NCBI RefSeq assembly: GCF_009914755.1
Contig: NC_060936.1
Direction: 5' to 3' (one strand)
Source: the human T2T-CHM13v2.0 reference genome, Homo sapiens
DNA: 64,000 nucleotides
In this document: positions 39,051-53,520 of the stretch, in pieces
Layout of the letters: the number at the start of each line of letters is the position of its first letter
Numbering within the stretch: position 1 is the first letter of the stretch
Notes under the pieces: model-generated
Databases searched by the model: none
What the model was told of the DNA's origin: nothing
What the model saw: the letters and a program-made list of their open reading frames with translations, nothing else
Translations under genes and position numbers: made by a program

Positions 39051-40136
39051 CTGATGAAAATGTGCAAATATCTTGCGTATCTCTAAATAAAGTCAAAGTT
39101 GAGAAAATTCCATGTGATTCTCCTCTTACAACTTAAAATGCATCACCTTTTGAGGCTATGCTTCCTATGTATGGCCTATTCATACATAGGAATAGGATTA
39201 GCTATTCAACATAATCCAGCTCCTAAGGAAGACAATTCAATTACCAATTTAAATTACAGGAGAAATGTAGGTAACCAGAAAGCACTGATATAACCTGTAA
39301 TCTGATATAAACACAATCTTAAAGAATAAAGCTTTGCTGTCACAACCAAACACTTTTCAGTGGAAGATTTACAATAAAAAGATATTCATATTACTATTCC
39401 GAAAATAATTATTTTTCTCTGATCTTGAGGCTTAAGGACATGACATCTTCAACTTAAAGTAGCCACACCTGATTCAAATTCACTACAAATGAAGTTAATG
39501 CCTATGTTCCCTTTTTATAGTCCCCTTTTGTTCGTTATTATGAAAATGCTTCTCAGTTCAAGAATGCTTAACATTTGGAGTGTTGTCATATAGCCTTTAT
39601 AATGTAGCATCAACATTTGGTAATGATTCCAAAAATACTTCTGCAATGTTTACTTTGAGTTTTGCATTAAATGTTTTGCATCAAGGGACCATATGTTCAG
39701 GCATTTTATAACTTTTTTCAACTGGTATTCTGGCAAAACTAGTACACTGAATATAACTGAGAATATATAAAGTCTTACTAAAATTTAAATGTTCAAACAA
39801 GATACACATTGAATTAGTGAAGATGCCAGAATACAATAAAAGCCCTCTAATTTACAAGCTACCAGAGGCAAACACAATTTAAAGTTGATGTAAATCAAGA
39901 AAAAAAAATCTGCTTTGTGTGCAAGAAAGATACAATGAAAAGAAATAGAGGTTTTTGTTGTTGTTGTTGTTGTTACCACAAAGGCAGAATTAACATTTAG
40001 ATTTTTAATATCCTCTGTAGGTCATAGGTCATAGATGAAAACAAAATTTTTTCATTTTACTATCAGTTAATTTTTAATCTGTTAAAGATAAGTAGACAGA
40101 CAAATCTAAAGTTGTCTATATTCTAGAATCTATTGA

Positions 40137-40448
<312 letters not shown>

Positions 40449-40837
40449 GACATAACCTAATTTCAATGTGTACCATTGGAGCCAGTAACAACAATTATTT
40501 TCAAGGGATATTGCTAACGAAACATTAATCATAGAGCTGATAGAGTGTGGTGACATGGATATAATATTATACGAGAAAATTACTAAAAGTAAAACCAAAT
40601 CTTTAATTTTATCCTACCGGTGACAGAAAAATAAAAAGAAAACATTAGACATGGATGGAAGGAGGAAGTATTGAAAATATTATTGCTGTGTCACATCTAA
40701 TGTCCAAATGAAGTTTAGTCTATTATTGAGATTTTTCTGGAATCCAAATATTATATATTTTATATATATCAAATGTTATATCTATATCAAATACTATATA
40801 TATTAACATTTTACACACTAAGATAAATTTGTCTAAC

Positions 40838-41278
40838 TAAGGGAGGAGACCACCCCTCATATTGTCTTATGCCCAGTTTCTGCCTCCAAAGAAAGAAGAA
40901 GTAAAAACTGAAAGGCAGAAATGAAATCCACAAGCAGACAGCCCGGCGCCACACCCTGGGCCTGGTAGTTAAAGATCGACCCCTGACCTAATTGGGTATT
41001 TGCATAAAAAAGAACTGTGAAGATCCCTGTCCTATTCTGTTCTGTTCTAATTACCGGTGTATGCATCCCCCAGTCACATACCCCCTGCTTGCTCAATGGA
41101 TCACACCCCTTTCACACGGACCCCCTTAGAGTTGTGAGCCCTTAAATGGGACAGGAATTGCTCACTCAGGGAGCTCGGCTCTTGAGACAGGAGTCTTGCT
41201 GATGCTCCGGGCCGAATAAACCCCTTCCTTCTTTAACTTGGTGTCTGAGGGGTTTTGTCTGTAGCTCTTCCTGCTACA
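40838..41278 (+). mobile_element. HERV-E/Harlequin family solo LTR (LTR2-like), 441 bp
   Basis: TAAGGGAGGAGACCACCCCTCATATTG...GAATAAACC...TCCTGCTACA; 4-bp TSD TAAC. Confidence 0.93.
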
Positions 41279-44248
41279 TAACTAGTTAACAATAACTTCT
41301 TGAGCCCTTATAATATACACTGCTTGGTAGAAATACAGAGATGAATAAGAAGTTTCTTCCTTATGGAGTAAAGGAAATAAATGATTATAATAAATGCAAT
41401 GGCAGCATGAAAGATGGAGATTCCCAAGCTCTGCCCTGAGTGGCCAGTTGGATGAACTGTAAAGGAAAGGTAGACACATTTAGGAAGGGAATTCTTGACA
41501 CAGAGAACAGCTTATGCCAAGACAAAACAGGTTATAGCCACTGTGTAAACATTTTTATAGGACTGAAGTATAAAAGTATCATGTTTGTGTCAGGGGTGCA
41601 GTGTAGGAACTAATTGGTCATGAGGCTGGTAAACTAATATAAGTCATATGGCTAAGTACTTATTACACAAAGCTAAGGGGTTTTAGGTTTTACGAATGGT
41701 GAAACAAGCCATTGTTTGATCTTTAACAGACACACCAAGATTATAGCTGCATTTATAAAAGATCATTTTATGTCTAAAACTACTCTGATTTGCCGATTTT
41801 GAAGCTTTTTATATAATATACATTGTGACACTTCTTTTAAAGACAATGACCATCTCTTTGTAAGCTAACATGTCTATCTGAAGAACCACTTATCATTAAA
41901 TAAGATGTTTATAACATCATTTTTTTAACTTCTTCCCTGAACTCTGCAGACAGAAAAGAAATATTTTCTGTTGAATTAAGTAGTATTATACTCATGTTCA
42001 CATATGAAATATTTGAAAAAAAGAATCATTTTCTTTATCTTTAGATCTACAGTACTTAGCAGTTCCCTGACAAATAGTTGAAGATCTAACCACAACTGAA
42101 CTAAAGAAATGACTGGTAATGAAAAGCAAAGCTGACTTAATATATGACTCCAGTTAAAGTAACCAGAAACAGCGAAAGACCTGGCAAAGAGTAGGTGTTG
42201 ATAAATGCTGTATTTAATGGAAATTTTTGATGGTGGGTAAAAGATTTTGGCATCTCAAAATCTTACCAGATTTTTTTTTTTTTTTTTTTGCTATATATTG
42301 TTATGTTGGAGAGCATATCTTATTAGCGTAGTCTTTGAGTGGAAAATAGAAAATTAAATGCTCATACCTACAAAGTCATTACAAACACAATTCATAGTAA
42401 TGTAACTTTTACATTAACTAAAGAACTTAAATAAAACCAAAATGTTAATTGCCAACCAGTTCTTGAATATGCAAACTTCTCTGAGAATTTTAACAGAAAA
42501 GGAAATTTTTTGAAAGCAGGAAAAAATGAGTTATATGTCTTATTTAATACACCCAGAAAGATGAAGCACTATCAACTACTAGATGAAAAGAATAATCCAC
42601 TGAGATGACCAAAACAACCAATGAAAAGCAAATGATGTTGACAAAATGATACAGTAAGGATAGATAATATAACAATATAAAACAGACTATAACTTGGTTT
42701 TTCCAAAATAATATTGCAAAAATATTTTAACCAAGGCTGGTAGCTATTTGGTGATTCTATATACCAAACATTATATTCTATAATTTACTATATATTTTAA
42801 TGTAAATTATCATGACTTGTTTGTCAAAAGTCATAACGTAAGAATATTATTCCCCATTTCAACAATATCTCAGAAATTGTTTTTAAGGAACTACTGCCAG
42901 GATTTCCTTTAAAAAATTTTATAGGGTGGGGCCAAGATGGCCAACAAGAAGCAGCAGTGGTAATCAGAGGCTCCTGTCAAAAAGAACCATAACATGCGAA
43001 TCCAGCACCGGCAACTTAGATATTCAGGTTCTTGTCATCAGAACTGACTAGGCGACTGACATGACCCACAGAGAGGAAGGAAGAGCAGTGTGGTGCTGCG
43101 GCCCATCTGAGAGCCACATGGGGCAGCCACCCGCAAGCCACTCGCCAAGAGAGGCAGCGAGTGAGCATGCTGCACAGCCTGGGAAACCATGATTTTCCAT
43201 GGAAATGTGCAATCCATGGATCGGAAGATCCCACTTGTGAACCCACACCACCGGAGCCTAGGGTCCCAACTATGGAGCCGCACTGATTCTCAACAGCCAC
43301 TCAGCTAGAATCTGCTTAAACCTGATGAATTCCCCGGGGGAGGGGCGACCAGCAACACAGCTGCTGCTACCTGCTGTCTAAGCCTTTGAGTTCCTTTGGA
43401 AAGGGGCGGCAGCCAACATTGGGACTGCTAGCTGCCTAACACACTAAGCTCCCAGAGCAGGGGAAGGGCGGCTGCCATCTCTATAGCTCCAGGCCACACT
43501 TTTCCCCTGCTAGACCCAGGGAACTGGACGGCTTTGTCCCAAGAGCTGTTACCCACAGCCCAACACACCCGCTGTGGCAGACTGTCGCCAGAGTACCTCT
43601 TCGAGTCTGACCCTGACCCATCCCCACCTCACTGGGCAAGGCCTCCCTGCAGGAACTCCAATAACTCCAGCCAGGGATTAGGGACGGAACTCTGATCTCC
43701 CTGGGCCTGAGCCTCTATGGGGAGAGGTGGCCATAGTCTCCACTGTCCCGCAGACTTAGTGTTTCCTCCTGCTAGTTCTGAGGAATCCAGGCAGCCCAGA
43801 CAAGTGGGTTTCCCTCCAGTGAAGCACACTCCCTCCACCAAGGGGCAGCCAAAGTGCCTCATTAAATGGGTCCTACAGCCCATGCCACCCATCTGGGTGA
43901 GACTCTCTCAAACAGGGGTTGTCAGACATCCCATACAGTAGCATTTCTATTGGAATCAGGTTGGTGCCCCTTGAAGCCAGAGATCCCAGAGGAAGGAGCA
44001 GCCACCCAACTTTGCAGTTCTTCAGCCTCCTCAAGTGATATCCCCATGCACAGGAGCGAACCAGATGAACAGGACCTGAAGTGAACCTCCAGCAAACCAC
44101 AGCAGCCCTACAGAAGAGGGACCTGACCATTGAAAGAAAAACAAACAAACAGAAAGCAATAACAACAGCATCAACAAAAGGTTTCCCCACAAAAACCTCA
44201 TCCAAGGATCAGCAGCCTCAATGATTGAAACTAGACAAACTCATGAAG

Positions 44249-45270
44249 ATGAGAAAGAATCAACAACAAAATACTGAAAACACATAAGGCCAGAGTGCGT
44301 CTTCTCCTCTGAATGATTGCAACACCTCTCCAGCAAGGGTGCAGAACTAGATGGAGGATGAGATGAATGAATTGACAGAAGTCGGCTTCAGAAAGTGGGT
44401 AGTAACAAACTCTGCTGAGCTAAAGGAGCATGTTCTAACCCAATGTAAAGAAGCTAAGAACCTTGATAATAGGTTACAGGAGCTGGTAACTAGAATAACC
44501 AGTTTAGTGAGGAACATAAATGACCTGATGGAGTTGAAAAACACAGCATGAGAACTTCATGAAGCATACGTAACTATCAATAGTCAAATCGATCAAGCAG
44601 AAGAAAGGATATCAGAGTTTTAAGATTATCTTGCTGAAATAAGGCATGCAGACAAGATTGGGAAAAAAAGGAATGAAAAGGAATGACAAAGCCTCAGAGA
44701 ACTATGGGACTATGTAAAAAGACCAAACCTACAACTGATTGGAGTACCTGAAAGAGACAGGGAGAATGGAACCAAGTTGGAAAACACACTTCAGGATAAT
44801 ATCCAGGAGAACTTCCCCAACCTAGCAAGACAAGCCAACATTCAAATTCAGGAAATACAGAGAACACCACTAAGATACTCCAAGAGAAGATCAACCCCAA
44901 GACACATAACCATCAGATTCTCCAAGGTGGAAATGAAGGAAAAAATGTCAAGGCCAGCCAGAGAGAAAGGCCAGGGCACCTACAAAGGGAAGCCCATCAG
45001 ACTAATAGCAGATCTCTCAGCAGAAACCCTACAAGCCATAAGAGAGTGGGGGCAAATATACAACATTCTTAAAGAAAAGAATTTCAAACACAGAATTTCA
45101 TATCTAGCCAAATTAAGCTTCATAAGTGAAGGATAAATAAAATCTTTTACAGACAAGCAAATGCTGAGGGATTTTGTCACCACCCGGCCTGCCTTGCAAG
45201 AGCTCCTGAAGGAAGCATTGAATATGGAAAGGAAAAATTGGTACAAGCCACTGCAAAACACACTGAAGTA
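44249..45270 (+). pseudogene. L1 ORF1p remnant (stops and frameshifts)
   Basis: Fragments ELTEVGFRKWV..., ENFPNLARQANIQIQEIQRTP..RSTPRHITIRF..KGKPIRLIADLS. Confidence 0.9.
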
Positions 45271-45336
45271 CAAAGACCAATGACACTATGAAGAAACTGC
45301 ATCAACTAGTCTGCAAAATAACCAGACAGCATCATG

Positions 45337-48300
45337 ATGACAGGATCAAATTCACACATAACAATATTAACCTTAAATGTAAATGGGCTAAATGCCCCAA
45401 TTAAAAGAGACAGAGTGGCAAATTGGATAGAGTCAAGACCCATCCATGTGCTGTATTCAGGAGACCCATCTCACGTGGAAGGACACACATAGCCTCGAAA
45501 TAAAGGAATGGAGGAAAATTTGCCAAGCAAATGGAAAGCAAAAACAAGCAGGGGTTGCAATCTTAGTCTCTGACAAAACAGACTTTAAACCAACAAAGAT
45601 AAAAAAAAAAAAAAAAAAAGGACAAAGAAGGGCATTACATACTGGTAAAGGGATCAACTCAACAAGAACAGCTAACTATCCTAAATATATATGCACCTAA
45701 TTCAGGAGCACCCAGATTCATAAAACAAGTTCTTAGAGACCTACAAAGAGACTTAGACTCTTACACAATAATAGTGGGATACTTTAACACCCCAGTGTCA
45801 GTGTTAGACAGATCATTGAGACAGAAGATTAACAATGATATTCAGGAATTGAAATTAGCTCTGGATCAAGTGGACCTAATAGACATCTACAGAACTCTCC
45901 ACCCCAAATCAACAGAATACACATTCTTCTCAGTGTCACATGGCACTTACTCTAAAATTGATCACATAATTGGAAGTAAAGCACTCCTCAGCGAATGCAG
46001 AAGAACTAAAATCATAACAGTCTCTCAGACCACATTGCAATCAAATTAGAACTTAGGATGAAGAAACTCACTCAAAAACCACACAATTACATGGAAATTG
46101 AGTAACCTGCTCCTGAATGACTCCTGGTTAATAATGAATTAACCAGGGATTAACAAGTTCTGTTAACTTGTTAACAGAACAAGGCAGGGATCAACAAGTT
46201 CTTTGAAACCAATAGGAACAAAGAAATCTTGTGCCAGAATCTCTGGGACACAACTAAATCAGTGTTAAGAGGAAAATTTATAGCACTAAATGTCCACATC
46301 AGAAGGCTAGAGAGATCTCAAATTGACACCCTAACATCACAATAAAAAGAAATAAAGAAGCAAGAGCAAAGAAATCCAAAAACTAGCAGAAGACAAGAAA
46401 TAACTAATATCAGAGCTGAAATGAAGGAGATAGAGACATGAAAAACCCTTCAAAAAACTCAATGAATCCAGGAGCTGGTTTTTAGAAAAAAGTCAACAAA
46501 GTAGATAGACCAATAGCTAGACTAATAAAAAAGAAAAGAGAGAAGAATCAAATAGACACAACAAAAAGTGATAAAGGAGATATCACCACTCACCCCACAG
46601 AAATACAAACTACCATTAGAGAATAATATAAACACTCTAAGCAAATAAACTAGAAAATCTAGAAGAATTGGATGAATTCCTGGACACATACACCCTCCCA
46701 AGACTAAACCAGAAAGAAGTTGAATTCCTGAATAGAGCAGTATCAGGTTCGGAAACTGAGGCAGTAATTAATAGCCACCAACCAAAAAAAGCCCAGGACC
46801 AGAAGGATTCACAGCCGAATTCTACCAGAGTTACGAAGAGGAGCTGGTAGCATTTTTTTCTGAAATTATTCCAAGCAATTGAAAAGGAGGGACTCTTCTG
46901 TGACTCATTTTATGAGGCCAGTGTCATCCTAATACCAAAGCCTAGCAGACTCAACAAAAGAAGAAAATTTCAGGCCAATATCCCTGATAAACATCTATGC
47001 AAAAACCCTCAATAAAATACTGGCAAACTGAATCCAGCAGCACAGCAAAAACTTATCCACCACAATCAAGTCGACTTTATCCCTGGGAAGCAAAGCTGAT
47101 TCAACATATGCAAATCAATAAACATAATCACATAGACAGAACCAATGACAAAAACCACATGATAATCTCAATAGACATGGAGAGGCCTTCAATAAAATTC
47201 AACACCCCCTCATGTTAAAAACTCTCAATAAACTGGGTATTGATGGAACTTATCTCAAAATAATAAGAGCTATTTATGACAGACCCACAGCCAATATTAT
47301 ACTGAATGGGCAAAAGCTGGAAGCATTCCTTTTGAAAACTGGCACAATACAAGGATGTCTTCTCTCATCACCCTTATTCAACATAGTGTTGGAAGTTTTG
47401 GCCAGGAATATCAAGCAAGAGAAAGAAATAAATATTATTCAAATAGGAGGAGAGGGAGTCAAATTGTCTCTATTTGCAGACAACATGATTCTATATTTAG
47501 AAAACCCCATGTTCTCAGCCCCAAAACTCCTTAAGCTGATAAGCAACTTCAGCAAAGTCTCAGCATACAAAATCAACGTGCAAAAATCATAAGCATTTTT
47601 ATACACCAACAATAGGCAAGCAGAGAGCCAAATCATGAGTGAATTCCCATTCACAATCACTACAAAGACAATAAAATACCTAGGAATACAGCTACCAAGG
47701 AATGTGAAGGACCTTTGCAAGGAGAACTATAAGCCACTGCTCAAAGAAATAAGAGAGGACACAAACAAATGGAAAAACATTCCATCTTCATGGAGAGGAA
47801 GAATCAATTTCATGAAAATGGCCATACTGCCCAAAGTAATTTATAGATTCAGTGCTGTTCCCATCAAACTACCATTGACTTTCTTCACAGAATTAGAAAA
47901 AAAAACTGCTTTAAAACCAAAAAAGAGCTTGTATAGCCAAGACAATCTTTGGCAAAAAGAACAAAGCTGGAGGCATCACACTAGCTGACTTCAAACTATT
48001 CTACAAGGCTACAGTAATCAAAACAGCATAGTACTGGTACCAAAACAGAGATATAGGCCAATGGAAAAGAACAGAGACCTCAGAAATAACACCACACATC
48101 TACAACCATCTGATTTTTGACAAACATGACAAAAAGAGAAATGGGGTAAAGATTCCCTATTTAATAAACAGTTCTGGAGAAAACTGTCTAGCCAATGTGC
48201 AGAAAGCTGAAATTGGACCCCTGCCTTACAACTTATACCAAAATTAATTCAAGATGGATTAAAGAATGAAATGTAAATCCCAAAACCCTAGAAGAAAGTC

Positions 48301-49180
48301 TAGGCAATACCATTCAGGACATAGTCATGAGCAAAAATTTCATGACAAAAATGCCAAAAGCAATTGAAACAAAAGCCAAAATCGGCAAATGAGATCTAAT
48401 TAAACTAGAGTTTCTGCACAGCAAAATAAACTACCATCAGAGTGAGCAGGCAACCTACAGAATGGAGAAAATTTTTGCAATCTGCCCATCGGATAAAGGG
48501 CTAACACCCAGTATCTACAAGGAACCTAATCAAATTTACAAGTAAAAAACAACCCCATCAAAAAGTGGGCAAAGGATATGAACAGCCACTTCTCAAAAGA
48601 AGACATTTGTGCAGCCAACAAACATGAAAAAAAGCTCAACATCACTGATCATCAGAGAAATGCAAATCAAAACCACAAAGATACCATCTCATGCCAGTCA
48701 GAATGGTAATTATTAACAAGTCAGAACACAATAAATGCTGGTGAAGCTGTGGAGAAATAGGAACACTTTTACACTGTTGGGAGTGTAAATTAGTTCAACA
48801 TTCCACCATTGTGGAATACAGTATGGTGATTCCTCAAGGTTCTAAACCCAGAAATACCCTTTGACACAGCAAGGCTATTACTGGGTCAATACCCAAAGGA
48901 ATATAAATCATCCTACTATAAAGTCACATGCACATGTATGTTTAATGCAGCACTATTTACAATAGCAAAGACATGGAACCAACCCAAATGCCCAACAATG
49001 ATAGACTGAATAAAGAAAATGTGGTACCTATAGAACATGGAATACTATGCAGCCATTAAAAGGAATGAGATCATGTCCTTTGCAGGGACATGGATGAAGC
49101 TGGAAACCATCATCCTCAGCAAACTAACACGGAAACAGAAAACCAAACACTGCGTGTTCTCACTCATATGTGGGAGTTGA
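45337..49180 (+). pseudogene. L1 ORF2p remnant (endonuclease/RT/Cys-rich), disrupted
   Basis: ATGACAGGATCAAATTCACAC start; [39 protein letters not shown] motifs in separate frames. Confidence 0.92.
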
Positions 49181-50217
49181 ACAATGAGAACACATGAACA
49201 CAGAGAGTGTGACAACACACACAGGGGCCTGTTGGTGGGTGGGGCCAAGGGGAGGGAACCTAGATGACACGTTAATAGGTGCAGCAAACTACCATGGCAC
49301 ACATATACCTATGTAACAAACCTGCATGTTCTGCACATGTATCCTGGAACTTAAATAAAATAAAATAATAAAATAAAATAAAAGTTCCCCAATTTGCTCT
49401 CAGCCAGAAAAAAAATTATATCTTTTCTGGACTATTCAATGACTAAAGAGGAAAATAAAAATACTAAAAAATAATTAAACTTTGTGGGAAATGGAATATT
49501 AGAAACACAATATTATGAAACACTATGAGAAAAAATTAGAGACCAAGTATTTTTTCTGGTCATGTCAGGGAAGAATATAAAGTTGAAGTAGTACCTGAAT
49601 TGGACATTTTAGAAAAGAGAATTTGCCATATAAGTAATAATTTGTTTTTAAAATTCATTCATTACAGTAGAAACTGTCAATTTAGTTTAAAAAATGGAAA
49701 AAGAAACCATGGTAATGAAAACTAAATATAATATAGCATGAAGTATACAGTTCAGAGTGTAATCAGAGTCCCTACTTGTTTGTACTTAACAGTTATTTTT
49801 AGAAAAACCATCTTCTTTAGATTGTAGCAATTCACTAAGTAAGTACTGAGCTTACCATGTGCCAGGCACACCTTTTATTTGCCAGACACTCCTCTGGGAG
49901 GTACCCTGCTGGCACAGAGGTGAAAAGAGTCTCTGCTGCCAGAGAACTGGCATTCTTGTGGGAAAGATAAATAATACATGAGATGGAATTTGCCCATGAT
50001 GAACAGGAGTCCACCATGTGACCACTGGAGCAATTGGCCTCATCTGTGAGGATTCTCCAGACAAAACAGAGACCTTCAGAATTTTAGGAAATCTTTATGT
50101 GTGTAAGAAGAAAATCCATTTGTTTCTAGATATAGAAACTTCAAGGAAAATTTGAAGTAAATTGTGCTTTTGTTTTAAGGAAAGTGCCTTAGAATGTACT
50201 TTTTAATTATATAAATA

Positions 50218-50957
50218 CAGTCATGTGTTGTATCATATTTCAGTCAACGACAGACCACATATATAGTAGTAGCCCCATAAGATCATCACAGAGCTGAAAA
50301 ATTCCTATTGCCTAATGACATCATAGCTGTCATAATATTGTAGTGCAAAGCATTATTCATGTGCTTGTGGTGATGCTGGTGTAAAGAAACCTACTGCTCG
50401 GCCAGTCATATAAAAGTGTAGCAATACGATTATGTACAGTTCGGAATACTTGATAATGGTAACAAATAAGGATGTTACTGGTTTATGAATTCACTATACT
50501 ATATTTTTAACATTATTTTAGAGTGTGTTCCTTCTACTTATGAAAAAAAAAGTTAACCGTAAAACAGCTTCAGGAAGGTCCCTCAAGAGGCATTCCAGAA
50601 GGCCTGTTATCAGTGGAGATGACAGCTCCATGAGTATTACTGCTCCTGAAGGCCTTCCAGTGGGACTAGATGTGGAGGTGGAAGACAGTGATATTGGTGA
50701 TCCTGACCTGGTGTGGGCCTACGCTAATGTGCATGTTTGTGTCTTAGCTTTTAACAAAAAAAAAATTAAAAGTATAATAAAATAAAAGTTTAAAATGTTA
50801 AAAATAGAGACAAGCTTAAACTGAGAATATAAAGACCAAAATATTTTCTTACAGCTGTACACTGTGTTTGTGTTTTAAGCTAAATGGTATTACAAAAGGG
50901 TCAAAAGGTATAAAAAATTTAAAAGTCTCTAAAGTAAAAAAGTTATAGTGAGCTAAG
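50218..50957 (+). mobile_element. Tigger3 (Golem, Tigger3b-like) DNA transposon, one end missing
   Basis: TA|CAGTCATG..TTTCAGTCAACGACAGACCACATATA..GAGCTGAAAAATTCCTATTGCCTA..GGAGGTGGAAGACAGTGATATTG. Confidence 0.88.
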
Positions 50958-51261
50958 TATTTATGTGTGTTATTATTTAAATGGATGACAAGTAATGCTA
51001 CTCTTGGGCTATTGTATTTTAACCTATTGGATTGTGCTGGTGAGAGGATGGTTCCACATCCTTTCAGGTAGGAGTATAGGGTTTTCTCTAAGCAGTGAGG
51101 TATTCTTACTATCAAGCATCTTCAGAAGAGTTTTGCTGGAAAAAAGAAATAGATTGAGAAATATGAGTCTAAAACTGGGACCTCTCTCCACCTCATGGAA
51201 ATTTGACTTTTGATTTGTAGTTACAGACACTTTTAGAGAGTATTCATAGCAGCTTCTCAGA

Positions 51262-51264
<3 letters not shown>

Positions 51265-51306
<42 letters not shown>

Positions 51307-51332
51307 CTGTGCCTATGTGTATATGTGTGTGT
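51265..51332. repeat. (GT)20 microsatellite with degenerate extension
   Basis: Direct reading. Confidence 0.96.
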
Positions 51333-52652
51333 GATCTGAGTAAGAGTTGGCCTCTTCCTACAAGCTAGATAGGGCAATAAGAGACCCTGAGAGTGGCTGT
51401 GGACTTGTAGCACCCTAGAACAGGCATATTGAGGAGTCAGTTTTACATTCTTCGTGGTGTTATATTTCAGTATTCTTGTTCTCATATCTTCAGTGAAATA
51501 TTAGTAGAATGTTTGGTATCATCACAGTTGTGCAGTGGTGGATGGTGAGTCAAGCCTGATCCATGTTAGGGGTGGGGTGGCATTGGAGAGGGTGGTGAGG
51601 CCATCCTTCCAAGTGCTTCAGTAAGTGACAATCACCAGGAGTGGCTGACTGTACTGTGTAGAGTGGTTCTCTATCTAATGTGTTATTATCAACATAAATG
51701 GTAATTAATTAATGAGGAAGCTCAAGTGGAAAATTTGAGGAACATATTCCTGGGCACTTGTAAGACAGCTTCTTTGAGAGCTCTCAGAAATAATTGGAGT
51801 ACCATGCACAAGGGGATTCTATGTCAATTTTTATTTGGGTGCTTAATGAAAATATAAACGAATTTCCCCACACTGTTTTGTGAGACCAGGATAAATTGGT
51901 AACTTGGAATACTACAAATAGGATGGATGGGGTCATTATTGAGAGAAGGGCAAGAGTCTATGTCACCTTGCATATTGACATTGAACTCCTCAAAAATGGA
52001 AAATCAGTGGCTCTAAAATGAAGCCACAGTAACTGCAAAACTGGGGGAGAATTCCATTTTACCAGACTGTAGAAAAGGTGATTTTACTCACTATAGGAAG
52101 CTACTTTATTCTAACCAGAGTGTAGAAACTATGAAATTCAAAAGGGATAATTATTACTGTTTTCATTTTATTTACCCCTATATTTCCAACTCCTAGTAAA
52201 GCATATTTTACCCTGTGGAACTCTGGAAAATGTTGGTAAATAAATAGATTTTCTCATTAATAAAATCTACAATTGGAATCCATTGCTAAAGGAATAATTC
52301 ACAAACTCCAGAACAGTGCATGCAAGAATCTGCATCACCTGGTCCCAGTCTACTCAATCTAATCTAATTCTTCTCTTCATGAAATTAGTAGTCATACTAA
52401 CCCTCAGCCTTTCACTAATCACAATTTGCTTAATCCAGTGGCCCTGTTTTTGCTCAGCTTTTCCCTTAACTGGGGATGTATTTCTCTAAAATCCTATGTT
52501 CATCTGTATTTTTCTATTTAATCTTACAGTCTCTACTAACCGCTCATTCTTTTAATACGTTTTAAGTTCACACAGACTGAATTAATCATTACTTCCTTTT
52601 CACTGCTATAACACTTTGGATCTATTTTTTAAATATAATTTTGGATAGATGC

Positions 52653-53079
52653 TGCTAAGGTTTGGATATGGTTGATCTCCACCAAAACTCGTGTTGAAAT
52701 TTAATTACCAATGTAATAATGTTATGGGGTAGGGCCTTTAAAAGGTCATTAGGCCATTAAGTTGGATTAACGTCTTTCACAAGACTGAGTTAGTTATGAA
52801 AAGACTGGAATAGCTCTTGTGGGAATGGAATTGCCTCCCATGAGTAGGCTGATGCAAGTTCAGTTTCTGTAGCTTTCTCTTGCCTCCTCATTCGCCTTTT
52901 AATGTCTTCCATCATGTTATGATACAGCCTAAGGCTCTCTTTAGAAGCCAACCAGATGCAGCTGCCCAGTTTTGGACTTCCCAGCCTCCAGAACAGAACT
53001 GTAATAAATAACCTGCTTTTCTTTCTAAATTACTCAGTTTCAGGTATTCTGTTATAACAACAAAAAATAAATGAAGATA
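52653..53079 (+). mobile_element. MST-family MaLR solo LTR
   Basis: TGCTAAGGTTTGGATATG..TTGGACTTCCCAGCCTCCAGAAC..CAGGTATTCTGTTATAACAAC; 5-bp TSD GATGC. Confidence 0.9.
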
Positions 53080-53124
53080 GATGCTTTTGCTTCTTCTTAT
53101 GCTCTATAGTTTTCTCTTGGCATT

Positions 53125-53520
53125 AGCCAGTGAGAGGTTTTACAAATTTATTTGTTTATTATAAATTGGATCATATCACACCATTGCTCAAAACTCTCCA
53201 GTGGTTTACTATCACACTTAAAATTCATGTCTTCATTATGTCCTGCAAGGTCTTGATTGCCCTGGCCTCTGGCTGCCTCACCAAAGTCATTTTCCCCCAA
53301 CTTACTCCCCTCCAGCTGTATTGCTCCATGCTCTGCCTGGAGCCTGACAAGTCTATTGTAGCTTTAGGGCTTTTTCATTTGCTTTTTCCCCTGCCAAAAA
53401 ATATTTTTCTAGATCTTTTGTGGCTTCTTTATTTTATTCCTGTTTCTATTTATATATTACCTTCTTAGAGAAATGCTCTCTATCTCACCTAATCTAAAAT
53501 AGCCCCAGCTTGTCTAAAGC
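53125..53520 (+). mobile_element. L2 fragment
   Basis: GATCATATCACACCATTGCTCAAAACTCTCCAGTGG..TAGGGCTTTTTCATTTGCT..TCTTAGAGA. Confidence 0.7.

Larger units (their letters stand above)
42924..49383 (+). mobile_element. Full-length, inactivated LINE-1 (L1PA10-13-like), ~6.46 kb
   Basis: 5' GGGTGGGGCCAAGATGGCC (YY1 motif), ~1.3-kb GC-richer 5'UTR, ORF1 and ORF2 remnants, 3'UTR GGGAGGGAACCTAGATGAC..., (TAAAA)n tail. Confidence 0.97.

Noticed and set aside
42924-49383. Full-length L1 as an active retrotransposon
   Set aside because: Both ORFs carry numerous stops and frameshifts, and the subfamily is old.
51024-51485. 153-aa minus-strand ORF with a His-Thr repeat
   Set aside because: The repeat is the translation of a (GT)n microsatellite, with no recognisable domain; the ORFs at 21784-22047 and 27526-27939 are the same kind of artefact.
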